Shown one piece after another: positions 18,392 through 28,804 of a DNA stretch of 64,000 nucleotides. The notes under the pieces are model-generated. The model made no database searches and had not been told where the DNA came from. It saw only the letters and a program-made list of their open reading frames with translations. Position 1 is the first letter of the stretch; the number at the start of each line of letters is the position of its first letter. The stretch lies in contig CAVXKA010000002.1 of assembly GCA_963762255.1 (NCBI GenBank), positions 160,001 through 224,000 of the forward strand. The letters are read 5' to 3'. The stretch is from Candidatus Eiseniibacteriota bacterium (lineage in GTDB: Bacteria; Eisenbacteria; RBG-16-71-46; JABDJR01). The translations under genes were made by a program, and so were the position numbers.

Positions 18392-19558
18392 ATGCGCAAG
18401 ACTTCAACGACCGTCGAGCCGACGCCACGGCGCCGGCGGGGAGGGTTCTTCTGGGGGCTCGCCCTCGGACTCGTGGGTGCCCTCATGGTGATCGTGGCTG
18501 CCGACCTTGGCCTCAAGCCCGTGCCCTTGCGGGGAGCGGGGGAGGCCTCTGCGGGTCCCAACGGTCCTGCCTCCGTGACGCGGGAGGTCTTCCTCACCGC
18601 GGCCCTCTCTCCGGGGATGCACGTGACCGTGGACGGCAAGGCGGTCGAGATCCTCGCCCGCCCCGACGGCGCCGTGATTGAAGTGCCCCCCGGCGCTCGC
18701 AAGGTGGAGGTGCGGGGGAGCGGTGGGCCGCTCTGGTCTGCCCGACTGGACCTCGGTGGAGGCGCCCCCGACACCCTCTGCCCCGTCTTCGGGGGCGAGA
18801 TTGTCATCGAGGCCGACCGACTGGCGCCACGCGGCGTCATCTTCCTGGACGACACGCTCGCGGGAGCAGCGCCTGCCACGCTGACCGAGATCACCCCCGG
18901 GTGGCACACGATCAGCGTGCGCGACGGCGAAAGCATCCTCTATGAGGACGCCTGCGTGGTGTCGGCGGGACGGGTCACCCTCGTTTCGATTCCCGCGAGC
19001 CCGGCTCACGGGAAGGGCGGACTGGCCATCCGATCGCGAATCCTCGGAGATGAAGGCATCGAAGAGGGAAGCGGCGACCGCGTGTGGGTGGATGGCGAGA
19101 CGGTGGGATCCACCCCTTGGAATCGCATGCTTCCATCCGGCTTCCACAGCGTTCGGGTCGAGAGGGCGGGGTTCCCCGCGTTCGTGGAGGTGCTCTACCT
19201 CGAAGCCGGTCGCTCGCTCTTCGTGGACGCTCAATTCGGCGGCGCGGAACCCATCGAGGTGATGGCGGATCCTCCTGCGGAGGCGAACGTCCGGACTCCG
19301 GTCGCGATCCCGGTGTCGGTCGGCGCTGCGGGGGAGAGTGTGACGCTCACCGAGGGGTCTCTGTTTCTGGTCCGCGCCGGGCAACCGACAACGGTCTCGG
19401 TTCCTCTGGTCGCATCGGGAACGGATGCCCGTCTTTGGGTCGCGGTGATTCCCGCGGAGCTGACGGCGCGCCGGGGGCCGCTCTCCGGATACGTCTCCTG
19501 CACGGACGAGCAGGGTCGCCGGGGCACCTCCGACATCTTCCAGATCAACGTGCGCTGA
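18392..19558 (+). CDS. Membrane-anchored PEGA-domain protein
   Basis: N-terminal TM segment; VWVDGETVGSTP and GFHSVRVERAGF PEGA patterns. Confidence 0.7.
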   Translation: MRKTSTTVEPTPRRRRGGFFWGLALGLVGALMVIVAADLGLKPVPLRGAGEASAGPNGPASVTREVFLTAALSPGMHVTVDGKAVEILARPDGAVIEVPPGARKVEVRGSGGPLWSARLDLGGGAPDTLCPVFGGEIVIEADRLAPRGVIFLDDTLAGAAPATLTEITPGWHTISVRDGESILYEDACVVSAGRVTLVSIPASPAHGKGGLAIRSRILGDEGIEEGSGDRVWVDGETVGSTPWNRMLPSGFHSVRVERAGFPAFVEVLYLEAGRSLFVDAQFGGAEPIEVMADPPAEANVRTPVAIPVSVGAAGESVTLTEGSLFLVRAGQPTTVSVPLVASGTDARLWVAVIPAELTARRGPLSGYVSCTDEQGRRGTSDIFQINVR

Positions 19559-19680
19559 TCCCTTCGTCCCGCGCGGGGATCCCGCCGGCGCAGCTTCCGT
19601 GTTTGAGACGCCCTACTTCGTAGTATGATTATGCCTTCCCCCATCATGAACGATCTTAGGTTCGCATCCCCAAGGCACCC

Positions 19681-21579
19681 GTGCGTATTCGACATCTCTC
19701 GTTCATCACGATCCTGTCCCTCACCACCCTCCCGTCACCGACGGCGGCGGTCCCCGCAGCCCGTGAGCGCATCGCTCCCGACCCCGAGTACATCCTGACC
19801 CTGGAACTCAGGGACGAGACCGAAACCCCGATCGACGCGCGCGTTTCCGTACTCGATCCGATTTCAGGGCACTGCTTCGCGCCCGCGGATCCGACAGAAG
19901 CCGTTTACGAGAGTTGGAGCGGGCATCGGTTCTTCTATGCCCGGGATCGCGTGGAGGTGATCGTGCCGCTCGGCCCTGTCCGAGTCCTGGTGGCGAAGGG
20001 GCCCGAGTACAGCTATCGCGACGAGGTCATCGAGGTCGTTCGCAACCGGACCCACACCGTGCGACTACGACGATTGATCGACCCGAACGAGTTCGGGTGG
20101 TTCAGCGGGGACACCCACGTGCACCAGGCGCACGGAGGGGCGGGAGCGATCTACACCATCGATGATCAGGAGATGGCGAGGGTTTCGCGAGCGGAGGATC
20201 TCAACGTCACCTGCGTCCTCACCAACGGTCCCAACTTCAACGGTGGGATCGACCCCGCCGGCGATGCTCGCCACCTCATCCACTACGGCATGGAGTATCG
20301 CAGCGCCCTCTACGGGCATATGGGATTGCTCGGTATGAAGCAACTCATCTCTACAGGCTGCTGCATGCCCGGCTATCCGGCGTTCCCGCTCAACAGCACG
20401 ATCTGTGATGCCGCCCACGCGCAGGGCGCTACCGTGGTCTCCTCGCACCCTGTCACCATGGACCCCGCCCTGTTCATGACCGCGATCCTCGACTGGCCGT
20501 ACAGCGGGTTCGCGCGCGAGCTGCCGGTCGACGCGCTGTTGGGGGGCATTGACGCCATCGATGTATTCTCCTATTCCAACTACAGCGACGCACCCGTACG
20601 CCAACTCTGGTTCGACCTGCTCAACCTGGGTCTGCGGCTTCCACTCAGCGTCGGGACCGACACTGCGGTGAATCGGCTCTTCAGTCCGCCGGTCGGCGGG
20701 TACCGCGTCTACGTTCGCCTGAACGATTCGCTCTCGTTGGACTCCTGGCTGGAGGGACTGCGCGCGGGGCGAAGTTTCGCAACCAACGGGCCTCTCCTGA
20801 TGGACTTCTCTCTGAATGGCAAGAGATCGGGAGAAACCCTCCGGCTTGCGGCAGACGGAGGACAGACGGTGAAGGGCAAGTTGGTTCTGTTCACCAGGGA
20901 GCCGATGCAGAAGCTCGAGATCTACGTGAACGGTCCCCTGATGAGGACCTACACCCTCCCGAGCACCTCGGGCTGGATGGTCTACAACTTTACGTTCAAT
21001 CTCGACAGCGCGCCCGGGTGGGTGGTCGGTCGGGTGACCGGATCCACAGCGGCCCCCCCTACGCACGGGTGGCAGGAACAGGCCGTCACGAGCCCGATCT
21101 ACTTGGAGGTGCCCGACCGTCGGTTCGAACCGAAACTCCAGGCGTTGGAGCGCATCGACGGCTGGATCCGCGATCTGCAGACCCTCGTGCTGCAACGCGG
21201 GTCGTGGGCCGATCCCGGCCAGATGATCGGCGTGTGGAACGATCTGGAGGGCGCGCGCCACCGCCTCTATGGCCGGCCCGACACCGATGTGGAACCTCCG
21301 GTCGTGGAGCGTCCGCTCGATCCGGAGGCGATCGTCGTCACGCGCGCGGATCGTGGAACCTCCCACCTGTTCCGGGCGGCGGGAACCGGCGAGGCCGTGC
21401 TCGAGATCTTCGATGTGGCGGGGCGGCTGGTGCGCGTCTCCGAAGCACAGGCTCTCCCCACGGTCTTCACCTGGGACTCCACCAGCCCAACCGGTCCCGC
21501 CCCCTCCGGTCTCTACTTCGCGCGCGTGCGCGGAGCGTCGGCCACTTCCCCGGTGCAGCGCGTTCTCGTCCTCCGCTAG
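19681..21579 (+). CDS. Secreted CehA/McbA-like PHP metallohydrolase with C-terminal FlgD-Ig/CTD-like domain
   Basis: GWFSGDTHVH, GMEYR, GHM, SHP, GTD and GRSFATNGP; C-terminal LEIFDVAGRLVR...WD...SGLYFARV. Confidence 0.75.
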   Translation: MRIRHLSFITILSLTTLPSPTAAVPAARERIAPDPEYILTLELRDETETPIDARVSVLDPISGHCFAPADPTEAVYESWSGHRFFYARDRVEVIVPLGPVRVLVAKGPEYSYRDEVIEVVRNRTHTVRLRRLIDPNEFGWFSGDTHVHQAHGGAGAIYTIDDQEMARVSRAEDLNVTCVLTNGPNFNGGIDPAGDARHLIHYGMEYRSALYGHMGLLGMKQLISTGCCMPGYPAFPLNSTICDAAHAQGATVVSSHPVTMDPALFMTAILDWPYSGFARELPVDALLGGIDAIDVFSYSNYSDAPVRQLWFDLLNLGLRLPLSVGTDTAVNRLFSPPVGGYRVYVRLNDSLSLDSWLEGLRAGRSFATNGPLLMDFSLNGKRSGETLRLAADGGQTVKGKLVLFTREPMQKLEIYVNGPLMRTYTLPSTSGWMVYNFTFNLDSAPGWVVGRVTGSTAAPPTHGWQEQAVTSPIYLEVPDRRFEPKLQALERIDGWIRDLQTLVLQRGSWADPGQMIGVWNDLEGARHRLYGRPDTDVEPPVVERPLDPEAIVVTRADRGTSHLFRAAGTGEAVLEIFDVAGRLVRVSEAQALPTVFTWDSTSPTGPAPSGLYFARVRGASATSPVQRVLVLR

Positions 21580-21651
21580 ACTTTCTGTTCCCCGCCGATT
21601 TCGGCGCGATCCCCCCGCGCAATCCGACCTTGCTCCCGTCCGGGAGAGACC

Positions 21652-23952
21652 ATGCAACCCTGGCGCATGCCCGCGGGCCTCGGCACCTTCTGCGCGCTCA
21701 CCTTGGGGATCGCGCTCGCCCCTCAGGTTGCCTTCCCGATCGCTCTGAGCGGAGGAGGACTGGGCCTCGCCGCCACGGGTGTCGCGGGGCGGACGCGCCG
21801 TCGGGCCGTGAAAGCGACCGCGTCACTCGCGGCGGTCGTGCTCCTCGGGGGCGCTGCGGGCGCGCTGCGGGGAGTCGTCCCCAAATCCACCCCCCTCGCA
21901 TGGACGCCAGACGTCGAGGTTGCGGGGCGGGTGATCGCGTGGGATGTGACGGACCGAGGGGTCTCGGTGCGGCTCGAAGCGCATCGCATCGGGGCCGCGC
22001 GTCTCAACCCGCCCGCTCTGGTGCGATTCTACGGCGAATCGGAATGGGGATCCCTTCCGCGCTCGGAATGGCTTCGCCTGCGAGGCGATCTCGTCCCCGA
22101 CCGCTCCGGCACCAACCCGGGCGCCTGGGCGTGGGGGAGCGGTGGAGCACGACTCCTACCGGCGCGAGGGACCCAGCCGGTCTGGGGCCCGGCCGGCACC
22201 GGGCTTGTCGGGCTTCGCGAAAGTCTCGCTCAACGCGCGAGCCGGCTCCTTCCAGGATTCCCCGGCCGCTACGCGACCGGGGTCCTGCTCGGACGCGGCA
22301 GCGCGCTCACCCCCGATGAGCGATCCGTGTTCCGCCGCACGGGGGCGAGCCATCTCATCTCGGTGAGCGGGCTTCATGTCGGGCTCGTGGTCTCCCTCGT
22401 GATGCTTGCCCTCGGCGGCCTTTCCCGCGGCATGCGCGCGACCGGGGCGCTCGCGGCGGCCTGGGGGTACGCGGGCCTGGCCGGGTGGGCAGCGCCCGCC
22501 GTGCGCTCGGTCGCCATGATCAGCTTCTGGTGCGCGGGTGGGCTTCTGCGTCGGCCGCGCGCGGGCATCGCCTGGTTTGCTCTGGCGCTTCCGTGGATCC
22601 TCTGGTCGGCACCCGAGTACCTTCACTCGGCCAGCTTCCGCCTCTCCGCCGGTGCTGTGGCAGGACTCATCTTCGCTATGGAGATCGCTCCGCGGTGCGC
22701 GGGGAGAGGCGGGACTCTGCTCACCAGCGTGGTGGTGAGTCTCGGTGCGCAGTGGGGGACGCTGCCGACCTCGCTCCAGGTCTTCGGCACGCTCTCACCC
22801 CTCGCGACTCTGCCGAACCTGCTGGCCATCCCGCTCACCGCACTCTTTCTTCCCGCCGCCTTTCTCGCGCTGGCCGTCGAGCCGGTTCCCGCTCTGGGCC
22901 AGGTCTTTCGACACGCGGCGCTTGCGCTGGGGATCGCCGTCGAGCGCACGCTGACCTGGAGCGCGGGCCGGATGCCGTACGAAGCAGGACTGGCCGTTCC
23001 CCCGATCTGGGCGCTCGCCGGATTTCCGCTCCTCCTCCTGGTCTGGTTTACCGCGCCTGCGGCGAAACGCCGGTCGCCGCACTGGCGTGCCGCGGCTTGC
23101 GCCCTGGCCGTGGTGTGCGTCGTCCTGGCGCTTTGGCCTCTCGGACCTGCGCGTGGCCCCTGGGCGGCGTTCCTGGATGTGGGGCAGGGGGACGCGGCCG
23201 TGCTGCGGCTTTCCGACGGAACGGTGTGGCTCGTTGACGTGGGGGACGATCGCGGTCCCGGTGACGCGGCCGCCAACGCGATCCTCCCGTTCCTCCGCCA
23301 TGCCCGGGTGCGATCGGTGGATGGGCTCATCCTCACCCATCGCCATCGCGACCACACGGGAGCGCTCGGCCCGTTCCTCGACGGAGTGCCCGTGCGCGAG
23401 GTGTACGACGCCGGTTACGGATCCGGCCCGACTGCCGCCGCGGTCGACAGCATCCTGGGCGCGCACCGCCGATGGGCCTGCCTCGTCGCGGCGGGGGACA
23501 CCCTTCACGCCGCGCCGGGCGTACTCGTCACGGCCCTCCACCCTCGGCGGGGTGATCCGACGATGGACCCTCCCGGCGGCAATCTCAACGAAGCCTCGCT
23601 CGTGATCCGCGTGGAGGACGGCGACTGGAGCGCGCTCCTGGCGGGCGATGCGGAGGGCCTCGCCGAGGCGTCCTGCCTCGAATACTCGGCCTCGCTGCGC
23701 GCGCGCTTGCTCAAGGTCGGGCACCACGGCAGCCGGACCTCCACCTCGCCCGAATTCCTGCGCGCGGTGAGCCCCGAGTGGGCCGTGATCTCGGTCGGGA
23801 CCGGAAACCATTTCGGCCATCCCGACCCGGCTACGGTGGCGCGCATCGAGCAGGCGGGCGCATCCGTGTTCCGCACCGACCGCGACGGGGCGGTCTTCTT
23901 CCGGCGCCGCCGCGGCGCCTCATGGGAGATTGCGGTGCATCCTCCCGACTGA
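21652..23952 (+). CDS. comEC: ComEC/Rec2 DNA-uptake channel
   Basis: GASHLISVSGLHVG, FLDVGQGD, THRHRDH and KVGHHGS. Confidence 0.9.
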   Translation: MQPWRMPAGLGTFCALTLGIALAPQVAFPIALSGGGLGLAATGVAGRTRRRAVKATASLAAVVLLGGAAGALRGVVPKSTPLAWTPDVEVAGRVIAWDVTDRGVSVRLEAHRIGAARLNPPALVRFYGESEWGSLPRSEWLRLRGDLVPDRSGTNPGAWAWGSGGARLLPARGTQPVWGPAGTGLVGLRESLAQRASRLLPGFPGRYATGVLLGRGSALTPDERSVFRRTGASHLISVSGLHVGLVVSLVMLALGGLSRGMRATGALAAAWGYAGLAGWAAPAVRSVAMISFWCAGGLLRRPRAGIAWFALALPWILWSAPEYLHSASFRLSAGAVAGLIFAMEIAPRCAGRGGTLLTSVVVSLGAQWGTLPTSLQVFGTLSPLATLPNLLAIPLTALFLPAAFLALAVEPVPALGQVFRHAALALGIAVERTLTWSAGRMPYEAGLAVPPIWALAGFPLLLLVWFTAPAAKRRSPHWRAAACALAVVCVVLALWPLGPARGPWAAFLDVGQGDAAVLRLSDGTVWLVDVGDDRGPGDAAANAILPFLRHARVRSVDGLILTHRHRDHTGALGPFLDGVPVREVYDAGYGSGPTAAAVDSILGAHRRWACLVAAGDTLHAAPGVLVTALHPRRGDPTMDPPGGNLNEASLVIRVEDGDWSALLAGDAEGLAEASCLEYSASLRARLLKVGHHGSRTSTSPEFLRAVSPEWAVISVGTGNHFGHPDPATVARIEQAGASVFRTDRDGAVFFRRRRGASWEIAVHPPD

Positions 23953-23976
23953 TCGAACCGACACGCGCGCTGCTCC

Positions 23977-24006
23977 TTGTCGCGTGGAAAGACGCTCTGC
24001 TAGAGT
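23977..24006 (+). promoter_or_regulatory. Putative sigma70 promoter of the pur operon
   Basis: TTGTCG-18 nt-TAGAGT with an extended TG. Confidence 0.45.
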
Positions 24007-24032
24007 GCCCGCTTACCAGGGGGACGAGCAAC

Positions 24033-24647
24033 TTGACCACTCTCGGCATCCTGGCCTCGGGGCGGGGCTCCAACTGCGAAGCGATCCTCCACGCGGTGGA
24101 GGAGGGCCGCCTCGATGCGCGCGTCGGCCTCGTGCTCTCCGATCGCCCCGACGCCCCCGTGCTGGCTGCCAGCGCTCGCCGCGGCGTCTCGGCCCGCCAC
24201 ATCGATCCGGGCCGCCCCGGAGCGAGGCTCACCTCGGGCGCGGAGATCGCGTACGCGACGGCGCTGCAAGAGGCCGGCGTGGAGTGGGTCGCGCTGGCCG
24301 GATTCATGCGGATCCTTGGGGATGTCCTTCTAGGCGCTTTCGAGGAGCACGTCGTGAACGTTCACCCGTCGCTCCTCCCCGCGTTCCCTGGCCTGCACGC
24401 GCAGCGGCAGGCGCTCGAACACGGAGTGAAGGTGGCGGGCTGCACCGTGCACTTCGTGGACCGCGGCGTCGACACAGGGCCCATCATCCTGCAAGCGGCC
24501 GTGCCGGTTCGTGATGACGACACAGCGGAAACCCTCGCCGCGCGGATCCTTGTTGAAGAGCACCGAATCTACCCTGAAGCGCTGGGGCTCTTGATCGCGG
24601 GCACATTGCGCCGCGAAGGCCGCCGCGTCCTGCGCGTCACGACTTGA
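24033..24647 (+). CDS. purN: Phosphoribosylglycinamide formyltransferase
   Basis: TTG start; ASGRGSN, LAGFMRIL, NVHPSLLP, GCTVHFVD and DTGPII. Confidence 0.95.
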   Translation: MTTLGILASGRGSNCEAILHAVEEGRLDARVGLVLSDRPDAPVLAASARRGVSARHIDPGRPGARLTSGAEIAYATALQEAGVEWVALAGFMRILGDVLLGAFEEHVVNVHPSLLPAFPGLHAQRQALEHGVKVAGCTVHFVDRGVDTGPIILQAAVPVRDDDTAETLAARILVEEHRIYPEALGLLIAGTLRREGRRVLRVTT

Positions 24648-24657
24648 GAGGAGGAGC

Positions 24658-25593
24658 ATGAGCGCTTCCGATCGCGCGACCACCGCACTGACCACGCTTG
24701 CGCTGGACGGAGTCCGCCCCCTTCACCGCGGCAAGGTGCGCGAGATGTTCGACCTGGGGGACCGGTTCCTGATGGTGGCCACCGACCGCATCTCGGCCTT
24801 CGACTGCATCCTTCCCACCGGCATCCCCGGGAAGGGGCGTGTCCTCACCGCGCTCTCGGTGTACTGGTTCGAGGCGCTCGAGGGCGTGGTGCCGCACCAT
24901 CTGATCTCGCGACACGTCGAAGACTTCCCGGAGCCGTTTCGTTCGCACCGTGACACCCTTGAAGGGCGCGCGCTGCTGGTGCGCAAGGCGAAGCGCTTCG
25001 ACGTCGAGTGCGTCGTGCGCGGCTACCTCTCCGGCTCCGGCTGGAAGGAATACCGGCGGGACGGCGCGGTCTGCGGGATCCCGCTGCCGTCTGGACTGCG
25101 CGAGTCGGAACAGCTCCCCGAGCCGATCTTCACGCCCGCCACCAAGGAAGACGACGGACACGATCAGAACATCTCCTTCGAGACCATGGCCGGCATCGTC
25201 GGGCAAGGACCCGCCGAGAGGCTGCGCGCTCTCTCGCTCTCCATCTACACGAACCTCGCCGCCACCTGCGCGTCGCGGGGGATCCTCGTCGCGGACACCA
25301 AGTTCGAGTTCGGCACGGTGGGGGACACGATCACGCTCATCGACGAAGTCCTCACGCCCGACTCCTCGCGCTTCTGGGCCGCCGATCGCTATGCCCCGGG
25401 ATGCGGCCAGGCGTCCTACGACAAACAGCCCGTGCGGGATTATCTGGAGGCGCTCGACTGGGACAAGACGCCCCCCGCGCCCCCCTTGCCGCCGGAGGTC
25501 ATCGAGGCCACGGCGCGTCGCTACGCTCAGGCGCTCGACCGGTTGGTCGACCGCGAGCATCCGCTTCACTTCGACAAGGAGACCTGGAAGTGA
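24658..25593 (+). CDS. purC: SAICAR synthase
   Basis: GKVRE, DRISAFD, DTKFEFG and LTPDSSRFW. Confidence 0.95.
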   Translation: MSASDRATTALTTLALDGVRPLHRGKVREMFDLGDRFLMVATDRISAFDCILPTGIPGKGRVLTALSVYWFEALEGVVPHHLISRHVEDFPEPFRSHRDTLEGRALLVRKAKRFDVECVVRGYLSGSGWKEYRRDGAVCGIPLPSGLRESEQLPEPIFTPATKEDDGHDQNISFETMAGIVGQGPAERLRALSLSIYTNLAATCASRGILVADTKFEFGTVGDTITLIDEVLTPDSSRFWAADRYAPGCGQASYDKQPVRDYLEALDWDKTPPAPPLPPEVIEATARRYAQALDRLVDREHPLHFDKETWK

Positions 25594-27203
25594 CCACGAG
25601 CGCCGAGCCCACCACCGCAGGACGCGAGGATGCCGCTGCTATCACCGTCCGCCGTGCGCTGATCAGCGTCTACGACAAGACCGGTCTCGTCGAACTGGGG
25701 ACCGCGTTGGCCGCGGCCGGGGTGGAGGTGATCTCCACCGGCGGCACCGCGGCGCGGCTGCGCGAGTCGGGAGTGCAGGTGACGGAAGTGAGCGACGTCA
25801 CCGGGTTTCCCGAATGCCTGGACGGGCGCGTGAAGACGCTGCACCCCCTTGTCCACGCGGGCGTGCTGGCAGACCGCAGCAAGCCGGAGCATCTCGACCA
25901 GGCCGCGCGACTCAACGTGAGCCTCATCGACATGGTGGTAGTGAATCTCTATCCCTTCGAGGAGGCAGCGGCCCGCGATGGGATCCCGCGCGCCGAGCTG
26001 ATCGAAGAGATCGACATCGGCGGGCCGACGCTGCTCCGCGCGGCGGCGAAGAACGGCGACCACGTCCTCGCGGTCTGCGATCCCGACGATTACGCGCCGG
26101 TCGTCGAAGCGCTCGCCCGAGGCGCCGTGCCGCGCACGCTCGCGCGACGCCTGGCGGCCAAAGTCTTCACCCACACCGCCGCCTATGACGCCGCCATCTC
26201 GGCGCGGCTCGACGAGCAGGTCCGGCAGGAAACCGGCACGCCCCGGGCGCAGGGGCTCCCGTCCCGGATGCCCCTGGGACTGGTACGGAAGGTGTCGCTG
26301 CGCTACGGGGAGAACCCGCATCAAGAGGGGGCTCTGTACAGGCCGGCGGGGCTGCCAGAGCGGGGCCTGGCGGCCTTGAATCAACTTCAAGGCAAGGAGC
26401 TATCGTACAATAATTACTTGGACTTAGATGCTGCGTACCGACTGGCCAATGCCCTCCCCGAAGCGGCGGTGGTGATCGTCAAGCACCTGAACCCCTGTGG
26501 CGTGGGATTCTCCGAGGATGCCGAGGCCGCATACCGCCGGGCCCTGGCCTCCGATCCGCTGAGCGCCTTCGGGGGCATCGTCGCGCTCAACCGCCCGCTC
26601 ACGGCCGCCGCGGCGGCGGCGATGAGCGAGATCTTTCTGGAGGTGATCGTCGCTCCACGCGTGGAGCCGGACGCGCTCGCGGCGCTGGCCGCCAAGAAAA
26701 ACCTCCGGGTCATCGAAGCGCCCGCCGGGGAGCCGCCCTTCGGCGTCGACATCCGCTCGGTGTGCGGAGGCTGGCTCGTCCAGACGCCTGACGGCGAGGC
26801 GGGCGACACCGATCGCCGCGTGGTCACGAGCCGAGCGCCCACGGAGGCGGAGGCGCGCGCGCTGGAGCGGACGTGGCTGGTGGCGCGCTACGCCAAATCC
26901 AATGCGATCGTGATCGGCGCCGAGGACGGTCTGGCCGGTCTGGGTTGTGGCCAGACCAGCCGCGTGGACGCGGTGAAGCAAGCGGCGGATCGCGCGCGCC
27001 GCGCCGAGATCCCCGCCGGCGTGCGCGTGCTCGCCTCCGACGCGTTCTTCCCGTTCCGCGACGGTGTGGATGCCGCCGTGGAAGCGGGAGTGACGGCGAT
27101 CATCCAACCCGGCGGTTCGGTGCGGGACGAGGAAGTGATCCAGGCCGCGGAGGAACACGGCATGGCCATGGTCTTCACCGGAAGGCGCTGTTTCCGCCAC
27201 TGA
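25590..27203 (+). CDS. purH: Bifunctional AICAR transformylase / IMP cyclohydrolase
   Basis: GTG at 25590; [27 protein letters not shown] and SDAFFPFRD. Confidence 0.95.
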   Translation: MTTSAEPTTAGREDAAAITVRRALISVYDKTGLVELGTALAAAGVEVISTGGTAARLRESGVQVTEVSDVTGFPECLDGRVKTLHPLVHAGVLADRSKPEHLDQAARLNVSLIDMVVVNLYPFEEAAARDGIPRAELIEEIDIGGPTLLRAAAKNGDHVLAVCDPDDYAPVVEALARGAVPRTLARRLAAKVFTHTAAYDAAISARLDEQVRQETGTPRAQGLPSRMPLGLVRKVSLRYGENPHQEGALYRPAGLPERGLAALNQLQGKELSYNNYLDLDAAYRLANALPEAAVVIVKHLNPCGVGFSEDAEAAYRRALASDPLSAFGGIVALNRPLTAAAAAAMSEIFLEVIVAPRVEPDALAALAAKKNLRVIEAPAGEPPFGVDIRSVCGGWLVQTPDGEAGDTDRRVVTSRAPTEAEARALERTWLVARYAKSNAIVIGAEDGLAGLGCGQTSRVDAVKQAADRARRAEIPAGVRVLASDAFFPFRDGVDAAVEAGVTAIIQPGGSVRDEEVIQAAEEHGMAMVFTGRRCFRH

Positions 27204-27247
27204 CGCTCTCGCGCCGCCACGCGCTCTCGAACGAAAGGCCTTCCTCC

Positions 27248-28780
27248 ATGATCCTCGTCCTCGACTTCGGCTCGCAATACACGCAGCTCATCGCGAGGCG
27301 CGTGCGTGAGCAAAGCGTCTCGTGCGAGATCCATCCGTACTCGCTTTCGATCGAGGAGATCCGCCGCCGCGAACCCTCCGGCGTGATCCTCTCCGGCGGC
27401 CCATCGAGCGTGTATGCGGCCACCGGGCCGCGCCCCGATCCCGCGGTGCTGGACCTCGGCGTGCCGGTGCTCGGCATCTGCTACGGCCTGCAGACCATGA
27501 TCCATCGCCTCGGCGGGCGCGTCGAACGGGTGGGCCTCGGCGAATACGGCCGCACCCCCGTGCACCTCACCTCCGAGGCCGGACCGCTCTTCGCCGAAGT
27601 GCCCGAGGCGAGCGTTGCGTGGATGAGCCACGGCGATTCGGTGACGGAGCTGCCGGCTGGATTCGTCAAGGAGGCCGTGACCGCCGACGGCATCGTGGCC
27701 GCCGCCGGCGACGAGGCGCGCGGTTACTACGGACTCCAGTTTCATCCGGAGGTCGTGCACACCGAGCACGGCCGAGTGATCCTGCGGAACTTCCTCTTCC
27801 GCATCTGCCACGCTCCCACGGACTGGGACCTCGGCGACTTCCGCAAGCGGGCGGTGGAGCGCATCCGCGCGCAGGTCGGCCCCGATGCCGGCGTCGTCTG
27901 CGGCCTCTCCGGCGGCGTGGACTCCGCGGTGGTGGCGTGTCTGCTGCACGAGGCGGTGAGGGACCGGCTCACCTGCGTGTTCGTGGATCACGGACTCTTG
28001 CGCACCGGCGAGGTGGAGGAGGTCCTGCGCGTACTCGGCGAGGAATTCGGACTGCGCATCCGGCACGTCGATGCGGCCGACCGCTTTCTCGACAAGCTCG
28101 CCGGCGTGGAGGATCCCGAGCGCAAGCGCAAGATCATCGGCGAGGAATTCATCCGCGTGTTCGAGGCCGAGGCGCGGGGACTCCCCGATGCGCGCTTCCT
28201 CGCGCAGGGCACGCTCTATCCGGACGTGATCGAAAGCGTCTCGGTGGCCGGCCCTTCCGCCCGCATCAAGTCGCATCACAACGTGGGCGGGCTTCCCGAG
28301 CGCATGGACCTCGCGCTGGTGGAGCCGGTGCGCGAGCTGTTCAAAGACGAAGTGCGCGAGTTGGGACGAAGACTGGGCCTCCCCGAGGCGGTCGTGGGCC
28401 GGCATCCCTTCCCGGGACCGGGGCTCGCCGTGCGCATTCTGGGACCGGTGACCCGCGAGGCGGTGAGCACGCTCCAGGCAGCCGACCGCATCTATCTGGA
28501 GGAGCTTCGACGGGCCGGTCTCTACGACGCGATCTGGCAGGCCTTCGCGGTGCTCCTGCCGGTGCGCTCCGTGGGCGTGATGGGTGACGAGCGCACGTAC
28601 GGCAACGTAGTGGCGCTCCGCGCGGTGACCAGCGTGGACGGCATGACGGCAGATTGGTATCCGCTCCCCGCCGAGGTTCTCGGACGCGCCGCCAACCGCA
28701 TCGTGAACGAATTGCGGGGAGTGAACCGAGTCGTCTACGATGTGACCTCGAAACCTCCCGCCACCATCGAGTGGGAGTGA
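27248..28780 (+). CDS. guaA: GMP synthase (glutamine-hydrolysing)
   Basis: [22 protein letters not shown] and KPPATIEWE. Confidence 0.97.
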   Translation: MILVLDFGSQYTQLIARRVREQSVSCEIHPYSLSIEEIRRREPSGVILSGGPSSVYAATGPRPDPAVLDLGVPVLGICYGLQTMIHRLGGRVERVGLGEYGRTPVHLTSEAGPLFAEVPEASVAWMSHGDSVTELPAGFVKEAVTADGIVAAAGDEARGYYGLQFHPEVVHTEHGRVILRNFLFRICHAPTDWDLGDFRKRAVERIRAQVGPDAGVVCGLSGGVDSAVVACLLHEAVRDRLTCVFVDHGLLRTGEVEEVLRVLGEEFGLRIRHVDAADRFLDKLAGVEDPERKRKIIGEEFIRVFEAEARGLPDARFLAQGTLYPDVIESVSVAGPSARIKSHHNVGGLPERMDLALVEPVRELFKDEVRELGRRLGLPEAVVGRHPFPGPGLAVRILGPVTREAVSTLQAADRIYLEELRRAGLYDAIWQAFAVLLPVRSVGVMGDERTYGNVVALRAVTSVDGMTADWYPLPAEVLGRAANRIVNELRGVNRVVYDVTSKPPATIEWE

Positions 28781-28804
28781 GGCAGGGCTGCGTGCCGGAG
28801 CGTC

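Noticed and set aside
19603-19629. TTGAGA...TATGAT promoter before the PHP hydrolase
   Set aside because: The spacer is only 15 nt; the -10 is plausible but the pairing with this -35 is not supported.
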